A stretch of 39,689 bases of DNA from an uncultured Candidatus Saccharibacteria bacterium (GCA_964494655.1 CAZBRM010000006.1:1-39689), one strand, 5' to 3'; positions 28,506 to 37,714 are shown, counted from the first letter of the stretch. Notes: a model not told the origin generated them from the letters alone. Numbers and translations are program-made.

Positions 28506-28568
28506 ACTTTAAGACAAAATCACATTTTTGTCAATTGCTTTGACAAAACGACATTATTGTGTTATTTT
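28506..28568. promoter_or_regulatory. Back-to-back divergent sigma70 promoters
   Basis: Inverted TTTTGTCAA / TTGACAAAA; plus strand TTGACA-N17-TATTTT, minus strand TTGACA-N17-TAAAGT. Confidence 0.6.
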
Positions 28569-28577
28569 TACTTAAAG

Positions 28578-30590
28578 ATGAAAAACAAGTTTTTAGCTAT
28601 ATTCTTAATATTTATCTGGGGAGGTATTTTTGTCTTTCCGGTAAATGCTTTTGAAATAAAAGAAACATATCCAAGAACAGCTAATTATTATCTTCAACCA
28701 TTAGTTCCTGAAAATGATTATGACGCTTTATCTAAATATGATCTGCTTATTCTAGACATTGACACGCAAACAATTGATGCTTCTATGTTTGATTATCTTG
28801 AAGAAAAAAATGAAGATATTAAATTTTTAGCATATATTCCAAGCCAAAGCGTTAACACACAAGATTTAAGTTCTTGGGCGCGCTGGCGCAGATTGATAAA
28901 TGAGAAAGTTAGTAATAATGACTGGTGGCTCAGAGATAGCAATAATGAAATTATTAGTTTTTCTGATATTTGGCCAACAATTAAATTTGTTAATCCTGGA
29001 GAAAACTGGTCAGATTATTTATCTGATTTAATAGCTGATGACGCAATGCAAAGAGATATCTGGGATGGAATTTTCTATGACATGGTTTTTGCTAATTTGA
29101 GTTGGTTGAATCATGGAGATATTGATATAGATAATGATGGAGAAAAAGAAAGCGTTGATGAGATTAATGAATATTGGCGGATGTGTATGAATGAATTAAT
29201 TAAACAGACAAAAGAAAAAATAGACAGTAATCTTTTAATAGCTAATGTAGATATGCCTAATTATTATGGGGAAGAATTGAATGGATTAATGATGGAAAAT
29301 TTTCCTGTTAAATGGATGGGCGAGAACAGTTGGTCTATTTTAATGGATTATTATTTAAATAATCTTCCTAAGACAAATTTATCTCCTCAAATTTATATCA
29401 TTAACGCTAATACTGAAAATACTGGGACAATGAATAATTTTAGAAAAGTAAGATTTGGATTAACAAGCGCTCTTTTGGGTGATGGATATTTTTCCTTTGA
29501 TTATGGAGATGAGTCTCATGCTCAAACATGGTGGTACGATGAATACGATGTTAGTTTGGGAAAAGCTCAGTCAGGGGAATATAATTTACTTGGTAATGGG
29601 GATCAAGTAATAAAACCGGGATTATGGCGAAGAGATTTTGAAAATGGGATTGCTTTGATTAATTCTACTGATCAGAAACAGACATATGTTTTTAATAATG
29701 AAGAATTTGAATATATTAATGGAACTCAAGACAGAAGAATGAATAATGGTTCAAAAACAAATTGGATAAATTTGGAATCAAAAGATGGAGTGGTTTTATT
29801 GAAGATAAATAAGGAAATTAAAAATGATATTTTTAATAATGGAGTTTTTGTTCGTGTTTTTAGCGATAAAGGAGAACAAACAAGAAATGGATTTTTTACT
29901 TTTAAAGATGGATTTTTAGGGAATAGTAATATTTTAATTTCAGATATTGATGGTGATGGAATTGATGAAGTTCTAACTGATGAAGATGGAGTAATTTATA
30001 TCTACAAAAATGGAGAGAAAACAGAATTAATAACTCCTTATCCTGGATACAAGGGAAAAATATCTTTTGATTCTGGAGACATTAATTCAGATGGTAAAAA
30101 AGAAATTATTACTGGAGCTGGTTCTGGCAGTGAACCTTATGTAAAAATATTTTCTGATGAAGGTATTATTTTAAGTGAATTTATGGCTTATGATCAAAGA
30201 TTTTTTGGAGGAGTTAATATAGCTATCGGAGATGTTAATTCAGATGGTGAAAAAGAAATAATTACCGGAGCTGGTTCTGGCGGTGGATCGCATGTAAAAA
30301 TATTTTCAGAGAATGGAGAAACTTTAAATGAATTTATGGCTTATAACAAGGAATTCCATGGAGGAGTTAATATAGCTATCGGAGATGTTAATTCAGATGG
30401 TAAAAAAGAAATTATTACTGGAGCTGGTTCTGGCGGCGGACCTCATGTAAAAATATTTTCTGACGAAGGCATTATTTTAAATGAATTTATGGCCTATGAT
30501 GAGAAATCAAGAGATGGTATTATAATAATGTCTGATGATTTAGATAATAATAATATTGATGAAATTTTAGTTGGACTAATTGGAGTTTAA
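28578..30590 (+). CDS. Secreted putative glycoside hydrolase (TIM-barrel type) with C-terminal FG-GAP/VCBS-like repeats
   Basis: Signal peptide; WDGIFYD and NGLMMENF acidic motifs, WYDEYD, WRRDFENG...N; repeated GD.NSDG.KEIITGAG.GG.PHVKIF. Confidence 0.75.
   Translation: MKNKFLAIFLIFIWGGIFVFPVNAFEIKETYPRTANYYLQPLVPENDYDALSKYDLLILDIDTQTIDASMFDYLEEKNEDIKFLAYIPSQSVNTQDLSSWARWRRLINEKVSNNDWWLRDSNNEIISFSDIWPTIKFVNPGENWSDYLSDLIADDAMQRDIWDGIFYDMVFANLSWLNHGDIDIDNDGEKESVDEINEYWRMCMNELIKQTKEKIDSNLLIANVDMPNYYGEELNGLMMENFPVKWMGENSWSILMDYYLNNLPKTNLSPQIYIINANTENTGTMNNFRKVRFGLTSALLGDGYFSFDYGDESHAQTWWYDEYDVSLGKAQSGEYNLLGNGDQVIKPGLWRRDFENGIALINSTDQKQTYVFNNEEFEYINGTQDRRMNNGSKTNWINLESKDGVVLLKINKEIKNDIFNNGVFVRVFSDKGEQTRNGFFTFKDGFLGNSNILISDIDGDGIDEVLTDEDGVIYIYKNGEKTELITPYPGYKGKISFDSGDINSDGKKEIITGAGSGSEPYVKIFSDEGIILSEFMAYDQRFFGGVNIAIGDVNSDGEKEIITGAGSGGGSHVKIFSENGETLNEFMAYNKEFHGGVNIAIGDVNSDGKKEIITGAGSGGGPHVKIFSDEGIILNEFMAYDEKSRDGIIIMSDDLDNNNIDEILVGLIGV
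30075..30500 (+). repeat. Three near-identical 153-bp (51-aa) intragenic repeats
   Basis: GGAGA(C/T)(A/G)TTAATTCAGATGGT starts at 30075, 30228 and 30381. Confidence 0.85.
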
Positions 30591-30594
30591 AAAT

Positions 30595-31332
30595 ATGAAA
30601 AGAAAACTATTAAAAAAAGAAGTAAGTATTGTTGCAATAATTGTTTTTTTCTTAGTAATTGCTTTTCTAAGCTTTTATTGTTTAAAAACAAATCAAGAAA
30701 TTGCTTTAAATTACAGCAGTATTTTAAATATTTTAATTCATCAGGAAAATAAAGTAGATGAGGATATTAAAGATGAATTAGATGAAGACGAAACAGATCC
30801 AGAGGATTCTTCTGAAGATGATTCAGAAGAAGAAATATATGTTTGTAAAAATGCTTTTTTAGAAATAGAATCAGCCGGCCTTTATTATAGTTCTGAAGGG
30901 GATCAATTAGGTGTTGGTCCTTTGCCTCCAAAAGTTGATATTCAAACAAATTACTGGATTTTTTGGAGAGTGGATGGGTTTAATAAAAATTTGAGTGATT
31001 TAAATATCAGTGCACAATTGTCTGAAAATACTGTTTGGATGGATAATAAAAGCTTGCTGGCTGGCAAACTTCAATTTGGTCAAGTAAGCAGGCGTGTAAT
31101 TTGGAAAGTAGATGAAATTAAACAAAGCGGGAATTATAGGGTTGGTTTTGAGATTGGAGTTATCCCAGAGGAAAACAATATTGGAGAAGTTATGGATTTA
31201 CTGACTAATATTAAATATGAAGCATTTGACAAGGAATGTCAGAAAAAAATAGAAGGAACTTTGGGAAACATTACAACTGATTTAAAAAAAGACGCTTTAG
31301 CTTCAGATAAAGGAAAAGTTGAGTCCGACTAA
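30595..31332 (+). CDS. Hypothetical membrane-anchored protein with acidic linker and beta-rich extracellular domain
   Basis: Basic N-terminus, TM helix, D/E-rich linker, GPLPPKV...T.Y...W domain. Confidence 0.75.
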   Translation: MKRKLLKKEVSIVAIIVFFLVIAFLSFYCLKTNQEIALNYSSILNILIHQENKVDEDIKDELDEDETDPEDSSEDDSEEEIYVCKNAFLEIESAGLYYSSEGDQLGVGPLPPKVDIQTNYWIFWRVDGFNKNLSDLNISAQLSENTVWMDNKSLLAGKLQFGQVSRRVIWKVDEIKQSGNYRVGFEIGVIPEENNIGEVMDLLTNIKYEAFDKECQKKIEGTLGNITTDLKKDALASDKGKVESD

Positions 31333-31338
31333 TAATTT

Positions 31339-32892
31339 ATGCTTCTTAAGCAAAAATATTATTTGAAAATAGGGAAGGCAAGTGATTTGAAAAGCCCGAG
31401 AGAAAGAATAATCTATCGGGCTTTTGAGATTCTTCCAGGCGCTTTGGCCTGGTTCACCATTTTAGGGGTGATTTTTTTATCTTGGCTTAATCCTGCTTTT
31501 GTAGCGATTTTTATTATTACTTTTGATGTCTATTGGGTTTTAAAAACTATTTATCTGTCTTTCCATTTGAGAATAAGTTATAAACAGATGCAGGAGAATA
31601 TAAAAACAGATTGGTTTTCTAAAGTTAAATCTTTAAAAAAGAAAAATTGGCAGGATTATTACCATTTAATAATTCTGCCTGTTTACAAAGAACCATATCA
31701 AGTGATAGAAGAAACTATTCAAGCGATATTTAATACAGAATACCCCAATGACAAAATGATAATTATTTTAGCTACTGAAGAAAGAGCTGGAGGATCTGCT
31801 CAAGATATGGCTGAAAAAATAAGACAGAAATATTCTAATAATTTTTATAAATTTTTAATTACCATTCATCCAAAAGATATTGTTGGCGAATTAGCTGGCA
31901 AAGGAGCTAATTCAACCTGGGCAGCTCGCCAGGCAAAAAAGAAATTAATTGATAAGCTGAAAATTCCTTATGAAAATATTATTGTTTCCTGTTTTGATAT
32001 TGATACTCAAGTTTATCCTAAATATTTTTCTTGCTTAACATATCATTATTTAACTGTTAAGAATCCAACCAGAACAAGTTATCAACCTATTCCTGTTTAT
32101 AACAACAATATCTGGCAAGCGCCTTGTATCTCTAGAGTAGTTGCAACCTCAGGAACTTTTTGGCAAATGATTCAACAGCAAAGACCAGAGCGTCTTTCCA
32201 CTTTTTCTTCCCAATCAATAAGTTTCAAAGCTTTGAATGAAGTTGATTTTTGGCCGGTTAATATGGTTTCCGAGGATTCACGGATATTTTGGCAGAATTT
32301 ACTTTATTATGATGGGAATTACAAAGTTATTCCTTTAAATTATCCTGTTTCTATGGATGCCAATTTGTCAGATAATTTCTTTAAAACATCTCTTAATGTT
32401 TATGTCCAACAGAGACGCTGGGGTTGGGGAGTAGAAAATATTCCTTTTTTATTCTTTGGTTTTTATAAAAATAAAAAAATTAATTTAAGTAAAAAAATCC
32501 ATTGGATATGGATTCAACTTGAAGGTTTTTGGTCTTGGGCAACTAATGCTTTGTTAATTTTTCTTCTTGGTTGGCTGCCCCTATATCTAGGAGGAGATAA
32601 ATTCAATATTACTCTTTTGTCATATAATTTACCCAGAGTTACTAGAATATTAATGACTATAGCTATGATTGGATTAATTGGTTCAGCTATTTATAGTACT
32701 TTGCTTTTACCGAAGCGGCCAGATAGGTATATAGGGATTAAGGGATTTTTTAAGAGTTTTGGTATGATTATTCAATGGATTTTGGTTCCTTTTACTATTC
32801 TTGTTTTCGGAGCCATTCCTGGATTAGAGTCGCAAACTCGTTTAATGCTTGGGAAATACATGGGATTTTGGGTAACTCCTAAGAAAAAGTGA
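31339..32892 (+). CDS. Membrane glycosyltransferase family 2 (processive, cellulose-synthase-like)
   Basis: PVYKE, GKGAN, DID, SED and QQRRW (QxxRW), flanked by TM helices. Confidence 0.9.
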   Translation: MLLKQKYYLKIGKASDLKSPRERIIYRAFEILPGALAWFTILGVIFLSWLNPAFVAIFIITFDVYWVLKTIYLSFHLRISYKQMQENIKTDWFSKVKSLKKKNWQDYYHLIILPVYKEPYQVIEETIQAIFNTEYPNDKMIIILATEERAGGSAQDMAEKIRQKYSNNFYKFLITIHPKDIVGELAGKGANSTWAARQAKKKLIDKLKIPYENIIVSCFDIDTQVYPKYFSCLTYHYLTVKNPTRTSYQPIPVYNNNIWQAPCISRVVATSGTFWQMIQQQRPERLSTFSSQSISFKALNEVDFWPVNMVSEDSRIFWQNLLYYDGNYKVIPLNYPVSMDANLSDNFFKTSLNVYVQQRRWGWGVENIPFLFFGFYKNKKINLSKKIHWIWIQLEGFWSWATNALLIFLLGWLPLYLGGDKFNITLLSYNLPRVTRILMTIAMIGLIGSAIYSTLLLPKRPDRYIGIKGFFKSFGMIIQWILVPFTILVFGAIPGLESQTRLMLGKYMGFWVTPKKK

Positions 32893-32931
32893 AAGCCCAG
32901 GAAGAATTTATTTCTCTTCTTGGGCTTTTTT
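32892..32931. terminator. Bidirectional terminator
   Basis: AAAGCCCAGGAAGA / TCTTCTTGGGCTTT(TTT). Confidence 0.75.
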
Positions 32932-32938
32932 GAATCTA

Positions 32939-33277
32939 TTATATTTTTTCTTGGCAAGAACGACATCTTCTTGCCTCTGGGATGGACACAAGGCGTTGCG
33001 AAGGTATGTCTTTCCCACAACACTCGCATATCCCATATTTGTTATCCTCCAACTTTTGCAGTGCTTCTTCAATACTTTCCATGCGCTTGGCTAAACTAAT
33101 TAGGTGGCACGGTTTTTTTGATCGGTTTGATAAAGTATGGTTTTCCACAAAAGTTCTGGAACTACCTGAAGCTAATTCTTCCATAATTTTTTCTTGCGTT
33201 CGAATCATTTTGTTCGAGGTCTCACATGCCTTTTTAATTAATTTTCTTCGGATCTCTTTTTGCGCTTTCTTGTCCAT
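32939..33277 (-). CDS. TraR/DksA-family C4 zinc-finger protein
   Basis: IEEALQKL....YGICECCG..I...RL..IPEA..C..C; SD GGAGG. Confidence 0.85.
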   Translation of the reverse strand: MDKKAQKEIRRKLIKKACETSNKMIRTQEKIMEELASGSSRTFVENHTLSNRSKKPCHLISLAKRMESIEEALQKLEDNKYGICECCGKDIPSQRLVSIPEARRCRSCQEKI

Positions 33278-33319
33278 TCTTCTTTCCTCCGTAGTTAAAA
33301 GTTAGGTTCAATTCTTAAC

Positions 33320-33348
33320 ACTATAACATTTAATGTTTTATTTGTCAA
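33320..33348 (-). promoter_or_regulatory. Sigma70 promoter of the DksA-like gene
   Basis: TTGACA-N17-TATAGT with extended -10 TG. Confidence 0.7.
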
Positions 33349-33353
33349 CTCTT

Positions 33354-35420
33354 TTATTCCAAATGAATATTTTCATTAAATTTTTTTAATCTTAATTTAA
33401 TCTCTGATGTAAGCAAATTATTTTCTAAAACTATTCTGGCTGCTTGACGGGTTTTCTTTATTAATTCTAAATCGTTTAATGAGGCCATTGCTAAATCAGG
33501 CAGTCCCCATTGTCTGGTTCCTATAAAATCGCCGGCTCCTCTAATTTTCAAATCTTTTTCAGCTAATTCAAAACCATCTTTAGCTGTTAGCATTGCCTTT
33601 AATCTTTGATGAGTTTTCTTAGTGCTGGAATTGGTAAATAAAAAGCAAGATGATTGAATATTTCCTCTGCCGATTCGTCCTCTAAATTGGTGTAGTTGCG
33701 CTAATCCAAATCTATCAGATCCTTCAATAATCATAACTGCGGCGTTAGGTATATCAACGCCTACTTCGACAACTGAAGTTGAAATCAAAATATCGGTTTT
33801 TCCTTTTTTAAATTGATTCATAATTTTTTCTTTTTCATTAGGTTTTAATTTGCCATGAAGCATGGCCAGCTTAAATTTAGGAAAAATCTTTTTTGATAGT
33901 TTTTCGTATTCTTGCGTTACGGATTTAATTTCTGCTTGTCCGCTTCTGGAGGATAACTTGTCTGATTCTTCAATTAAAGGACAGATAACAAAAACTTGTC
34001 TTTTTTGCTTTATTTGTTCCCTAATAAAATTATATGTTTTATCGCGATTTTTTGGAGAAACAATTTCAGTTATAATCTTCTGTCTGCCTTGAGGCATTTC
34101 TTTAATTAAGGAAATATCTAGATCGCCGTAAATAGTTAAAGCTAAAGTGCGTGGGATAGGAGTAGCTGTCATTGAAAGTAAATGTGGAATAGTTTTTAAG
34201 CCATCGTCTATTTGACAGATTTTTTTCTGTAGAGCGGCTCTTTGAGCTACGCCAAATCTATGTTGTTCGTCAATAATAGCCAAGGCAAGATTTTTAAAAG
34301 ATAAATCTTTTTGAATAATGGCGTGAGTTCCAATAATAATATCCATTTTACCTTCAGCTATTTTTTTCTTTAATTTTGCGTCTTTATTATTTCTTGTTAA
34401 CAGACATATTTTTATATTTGATTTTTTAAGCGTGTCTTTAAATGTTTGAAAATGCTGTTTAGCTAGAATTTCAGTTGGGGCCATTATCGCTGTTTGGTAT
34501 TTCTGTTTAGCAACTGCTAAGGCTGCCATAATTGCAACGATAGTTTTACCCGAACCAACATCTCCATTGAGCAGACGATTCATAGGATTGTTTTTAGCTA
34601 TATCTTGAAATATTTCCCAGGCAGCTATTTTTTGATCGTCAGTTAATTCAAACGGCAGATTTTTAACAAAAGGCTTGATTAAATTTTTATCAAATAACAA
34701 TTTAACAGATTTTTCTTTATTTAATTTTTGTCTTTGTTGAAGGGAAATTAATTGGATTAAAAAAAGTTCGTTAAAAGCTAAACGCTGGCGGGCTTTTTTG
34801 ACCAAGGAAAGGTTTCCAGGAAAATGAATTTGCTCAATTGCTTGAGTTAAATCCATTAAATTAAACTTATTTTTTATCTGAACAGGCAGGAAATCACTAA
34901 TTTGCTTTGTTAAACATAGCAATGGTTTTATTAAAAATCTTAAATAACGAGAACTTATTCCTTCCGTTTCGCGATAAACAGGGACTAATCGTCCAGTGTG
35001 AGTAGTCTCTTTTTTTGTTAATTCATAAACAGGATTAGAAAAACATAGTGTTTTTTTATAAAAACTCAATTTCCCGGAAAGATTAACAATTTTTCCTTTT
35101 TTTAAAGTTTCAATTAAATATGGTTGATTGAACCAAACAGCTTTAATGCTTCCGCTTTTATCTTTAATTAAAGCATCGGTCAAAACCATTCTTCTATGAA
35201 AAAAGCGTGTATTTTTAATATCAACAATTTCTCCTTGAATAGTCGCTTTTTCACTTTCTTTTAATTTGTTAATTAAGGTTTTTTTTCTGAAATCTTCATA
35301 ACGATTGGGGAAATGAAAAAATAGGTCCTGTATTGTTTTGATATTAAGCTTGTTGAGCTTTTTCAAATAAGCAGGGCCTACTTTATTAATTTGTTCAATT
35401 TTAGTGTTAAGAGTTAACAT
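33354..35420 (-). CDS. recG: ATP-dependent DNA helicase RecG
   Basis: GDVGSGKT, DEQHRFGV, MTATPIPRTL, RFGLAQLHQFRGRIGR, DL.IRG.G; start at 35420 because the longer ORF overlaps tRNA-Arg. Confidence 0.97.
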   Translation of the reverse strand: MLTLNTKIEQINKVGPAYLKKLNKLNIKTIQDLFFHFPNRYEDFRKKTLINKLKESEKATIQGEIVDIKNTRFFHRRMVLTDALIKDKSGSIKAVWFNQPYLIETLKKGKIVNLSGKLSFYKKTLCFSNPVYELTKKETTHTGRLVPVYRETEGISSRYLRFLIKPLLCLTKQISDFLPVQIKNKFNLMDLTQAIEQIHFPGNLSLVKKARQRLAFNELFLIQLISLQQRQKLNKEKSVKLLFDKNLIKPFVKNLPFELTDDQKIAAWEIFQDIAKNNPMNRLLNGDVGSGKTIVAIMAALAVAKQKYQTAIMAPTEILAKQHFQTFKDTLKKSNIKICLLTRNNKDAKLKKKIAEGKMDIIIGTHAIIQKDLSFKNLALAIIDEQHRFGVAQRAALQKKICQIDDGLKTIPHLLSMTATPIPRTLALTIYGDLDISLIKEMPQGRQKIITEIVSPKNRDKTYNFIREQIKQKRQVFVICPLIEESDKLSSRSGQAEIKSVTQEYEKLSKKIFPKFKLAMLHGKLKPNEKEKIMNQFKKGKTDILISTSVVEVGVDIPNAAVMIIEGSDRFGLAQLHQFRGRIGRGNIQSSCFLFTNSSTKKTHQRLKAMLTAKDGFELAEKDLKIRGAGDFIGTRQWGLPDLAMASLNDLELIKKTRQAARIVLENNLLTSEIKLRLKKFNENIHLE

Positions 35421-35423
35421 TAG

Positions 35424-35497
35424 CGTCCTCGGCAGGACTTGAACCTGCGACCTTTTCTTCCGCAAAGAAACGCTCTGTCCAACTGAGCTACGAGGAC
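35424..35497 (-). tRNA. tRNA-Arg(GCG)
   Basis: GTCCTCG acceptor, TTTCT-TTGCGGA-AGAAA anticodon arm, GCAGG-TTCAAGT-CCTGC, G73. Confidence 0.94.
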
Positions 35498-35499
35498 AT

Positions 35500-36042
35500 T
35501 TAAAACTTTAAATTTCTTGCCAGATTATCAATTGCGGATTCCTTGTGTTTTCTTTCGGGTAAATATTTAATTAAAATTCTTCTAATTTCAACCGGATTTT
35601 CATTTCCGAGAGGCACTTTAATATATGGCATAACTGTTTTTTTACTTCTTAAACTTAATTCTTTTATTTGAGGAGGATCATAGAAAATCCAGAACGACCT
35701 TAAATTTTCAAATTCATAAAGTACACTATTTATTTTAACGCCTTTAGGACTAATTGATAATTTTACATTACTTGGTTTTTTTGATGAATAAGTAATTATC
35801 AAAAAACAGCTTATTCCGATAAGTAATCCAAATAAAAGATTTTTCGTAAAGATAGCTATGAGAAATAATATTCCAGCAATTATACCTGTGACAATAAACC
35901 AATTCTTGCTTTTTTTATAATACTCAAATTCAGGAGTTGTCCACTCCAAATGTGTTTTTATATCACCCTTAATAGGTTCAGGCTTTTTAACTTGTTTTTC
36001 TTGCTTTCTATTTTTTTCTTTTAAATTAACAATATTAGACAT
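35500..36042 (-). CDS. Conserved-looking two-TM membrane protein with C-terminal PH-like domain (DUF5673-like)
   Basis: W..PEF..Y.KS..W, TM hairpin, G.....Y.F..L.SFWI.Y. Confidence 0.7.
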   Translation of the reverse strand: MSNIVNLKEKNRKQEKQVKKPEPIKGDIKTHLEWTTPEFEYYKKSKNWFIVTGIIAGILFLIAIFTKNLLFGLLIGISCFLIITYSSKKPSNVKLSISPKGVKINSVLYEFENLRSFWIFYDPPQIKELSLRSKKTVMPYIKVPLGNENPVEIRRILIKYLPERKHKESAIDNLARNLKF

Positions 36043-36111
36043 TATATTTCTATTTTATTATGATTATTAACTTTTGGCAAATTTATTTTATCTTTAAATT
36101 AAGATAATATT

Positions 36112-36140
36112 TTGACAAACACTCTAGGGGAGTATATATT
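36112..36140 (+). promoter_or_regulatory. Sigma70 promoter of the ASCH-like/SDH-like operon
   Basis: TTGACA-N17-TATATT. Confidence 0.7.
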
Positions 36141-36183
36141 TAGAATTAATAAAATAAATATGATAAAAAGAGGGAATAAAATA

Positions 36184-36630
36184 ATGAGTACTTTAAAAAA
36201 GAAAAAATTATATCTTAACCCTGACGAGATGGCTTTTCGAGCTATTTATTGTGATTTATTAATGGAAGGGAAAATCAATGTGATCTTCAGGCCAGGAAAA
36301 AGAATTTGTGGAGATTTCCGTGGTTATTGTTCTGGTCAAGAAGTTAAAGCAAAAATAATTAAAGAAATCGGATTAGATAGAGAAAGCGTTCCTCCTGAAT
36401 TCTATAATAAATTTACTAAAACAATAATTATTGAAAAAGTGCAAGAAAAGAAAATAGGAGATTTAGAAGAAAAAGATTTTAAAGGTTCAAGTCCAGATTT
36501 AACAAATAAGGAATCATTAAAATACAATTTAGGCATTATTTATAATCTTCTTCCTTCTCAATTAACAGATGATTCTCTTGTGACTATAATTAAATTTAGC
36601 TATAAGGAGGTGAAACAAAATGGCCATTAA
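36184..36630 (+). CDS. ASCH/PUA-like domain protein (alternative start 36160)
   Basis: M.F...Y..L...GK.....R.G, IEKV....I.DL...DF and L...L..IY......D..VT.I.F.Y pattern. Confidence 0.55.
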   Translation: MSTLKKKKLYLNPDEMAFRAIYCDLLMEGKINVIFRPGKRICGDFRGYCSGQEVKAKIIKEIGLDRESVPPEFYNKFTKTIIIEKVQEKKIGDLEEKDFKGSSPDLTNKESLKYNLGIIYNLLPSQLTDDSLVTIIKFSYKEVKQNGH

Positions 36631-37636
36631 AGGGTTAATTGAAAATAAAATACTATATTTTGCTCAAAAACCGGAAAATAATCCAAATAGTTTGAATTTT
36701 CCATTTTATACGTTGAGTTTTATTGAAGATGATTATCCGGCTAGAACTCCTGTGATGTGGAATGCAGTTTATCAAAAATTTAATTTTCCCGTGGCCAATA
36801 TTATGTTAATTAGTAATGCTAGCAATGTTCGTAAGATTTTAAGTGAATTAGCTGGAGACAAAAAATATTTAGGCGGTGGAATGGGCGTTGGCTTTAAAGA
36901 TGAAGCAGTTAAATTTTTAAAAGATTTAGATTCTTTGGCTGAGATTATAGGTTCAATAAATCTTATTCAAAAAACCGAAAATGGGATTCTGAAAGGACAT
37001 AATACTGACGGTGAAGGATATGCTTTAAGTTTGGAAAAAATTTTTAAACAAAGAAAAGAAAGTTTAGTTGGAAAAAAGGTATTAATGTTGGGAGCTGGTG
37101 GTACTGGTAATGCTATTGCTTTTTCTTTAGCTAGGAGAGACATGAAAATTATTATTCTTAATAGAACAATCAACAAAGCAGAGATTTTGTCTAAGAAAAT
37201 TAATCAGTATTTCAAAAACAATCAATCTTTTTTTGGTGGAGAGGATGAAATTACTGATTATATTAAACAAGGAGTAGATGTAATTGTGAATGTATCCATT
37301 AAAGGAGCAACTGGTCCATTAGAAAAATATTCTGCTCTTGCTCAATCTCAGCTACCAACAACAGAAGAAAATATTAATGTTAATATTGAAGCTTCAAAGA
37401 AAATATTAGCAGATATCTCTAAAGACGTTATTATTAGTGATATAGTTTTGCGTTCTGAACTATCTCCTCTCCTTAAATTAGCTCAGAAAGCTGGTTTAAA
37501 TATTTTAACAGGGATTCCGATGGTAATTAATCAGGCTGTTAAAGCTTTTGAGATAATTCATAGTAAAGAATTAAGAGCAAAAAAAATCAAAATTGATGAT
37601 ATAGCAATGGCAATGAAAGAAGCTGTTAAGTTATAA
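36620..37636 (+). CDS. Shikimate-dehydrogenase-family oxidoreductase with a divergent substrate site
   Basis: GHNTDGEG, LGAGG, NRT..KA, G..M...QA...F; SD AAGGAGGTG. Confidence 0.85.
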   Translation: MAIKGLIENKILYFAQKPENNPNSLNFPFYTLSFIEDDYPARTPVMWNAVYQKFNFPVANIMLISNASNVRKILSELAGDKKYLGGGMGVGFKDEAVKFLKDLDSLAEIIGSINLIQKTENGILKGHNTDGEGYALSLEKIFKQRKESLVGKKVLMLGAGGTGNAIAFSLARRDMKIIILNRTINKAEILSKKINQYFKNNQSFFGGEDEITDYIKQGVDVIVNVSIKGATGPLEKYSALAQSQLPTTEENINVNIEASKKILADISKDVIISDIVLRSELSPLLKLAQKAGLNILTGIPMVINQAVKAFEIIHSKELRAKKIKIDDIAMAMKEAVKL

Positions 37637-37655
37637 AATCAAACAAAGTCCAACG

Positions 37656-37695
37656 AAATTCAATATTGTGTTAATCATAATATTGAATTTTTTTT
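37656..37695 (+). terminator. Terminator after the SDH-like gene
   Basis: AAATTCAATATTGTG / CATAATATTGAATTT followed by a T tract. Confidence 0.65.
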
Positions 37696-37714
37696 GAGTA
37701 TTAATTAATTAAAA

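Noticed and set aside
27352-28577. oriC beside the dnaA-like gene
   Set aside because: No TTATCCACA-type boxes seen in either flank and no dnaN nearby; the inverted repeat is explained by two -35 boxes.
30075-30500. CRISPR array or DGR template/variable repeat pair
   Set aside because: These are in-frame 153-bp protein repeats with no unique spacers, no adenine-specific differences and no Cas or RT gene in the window.
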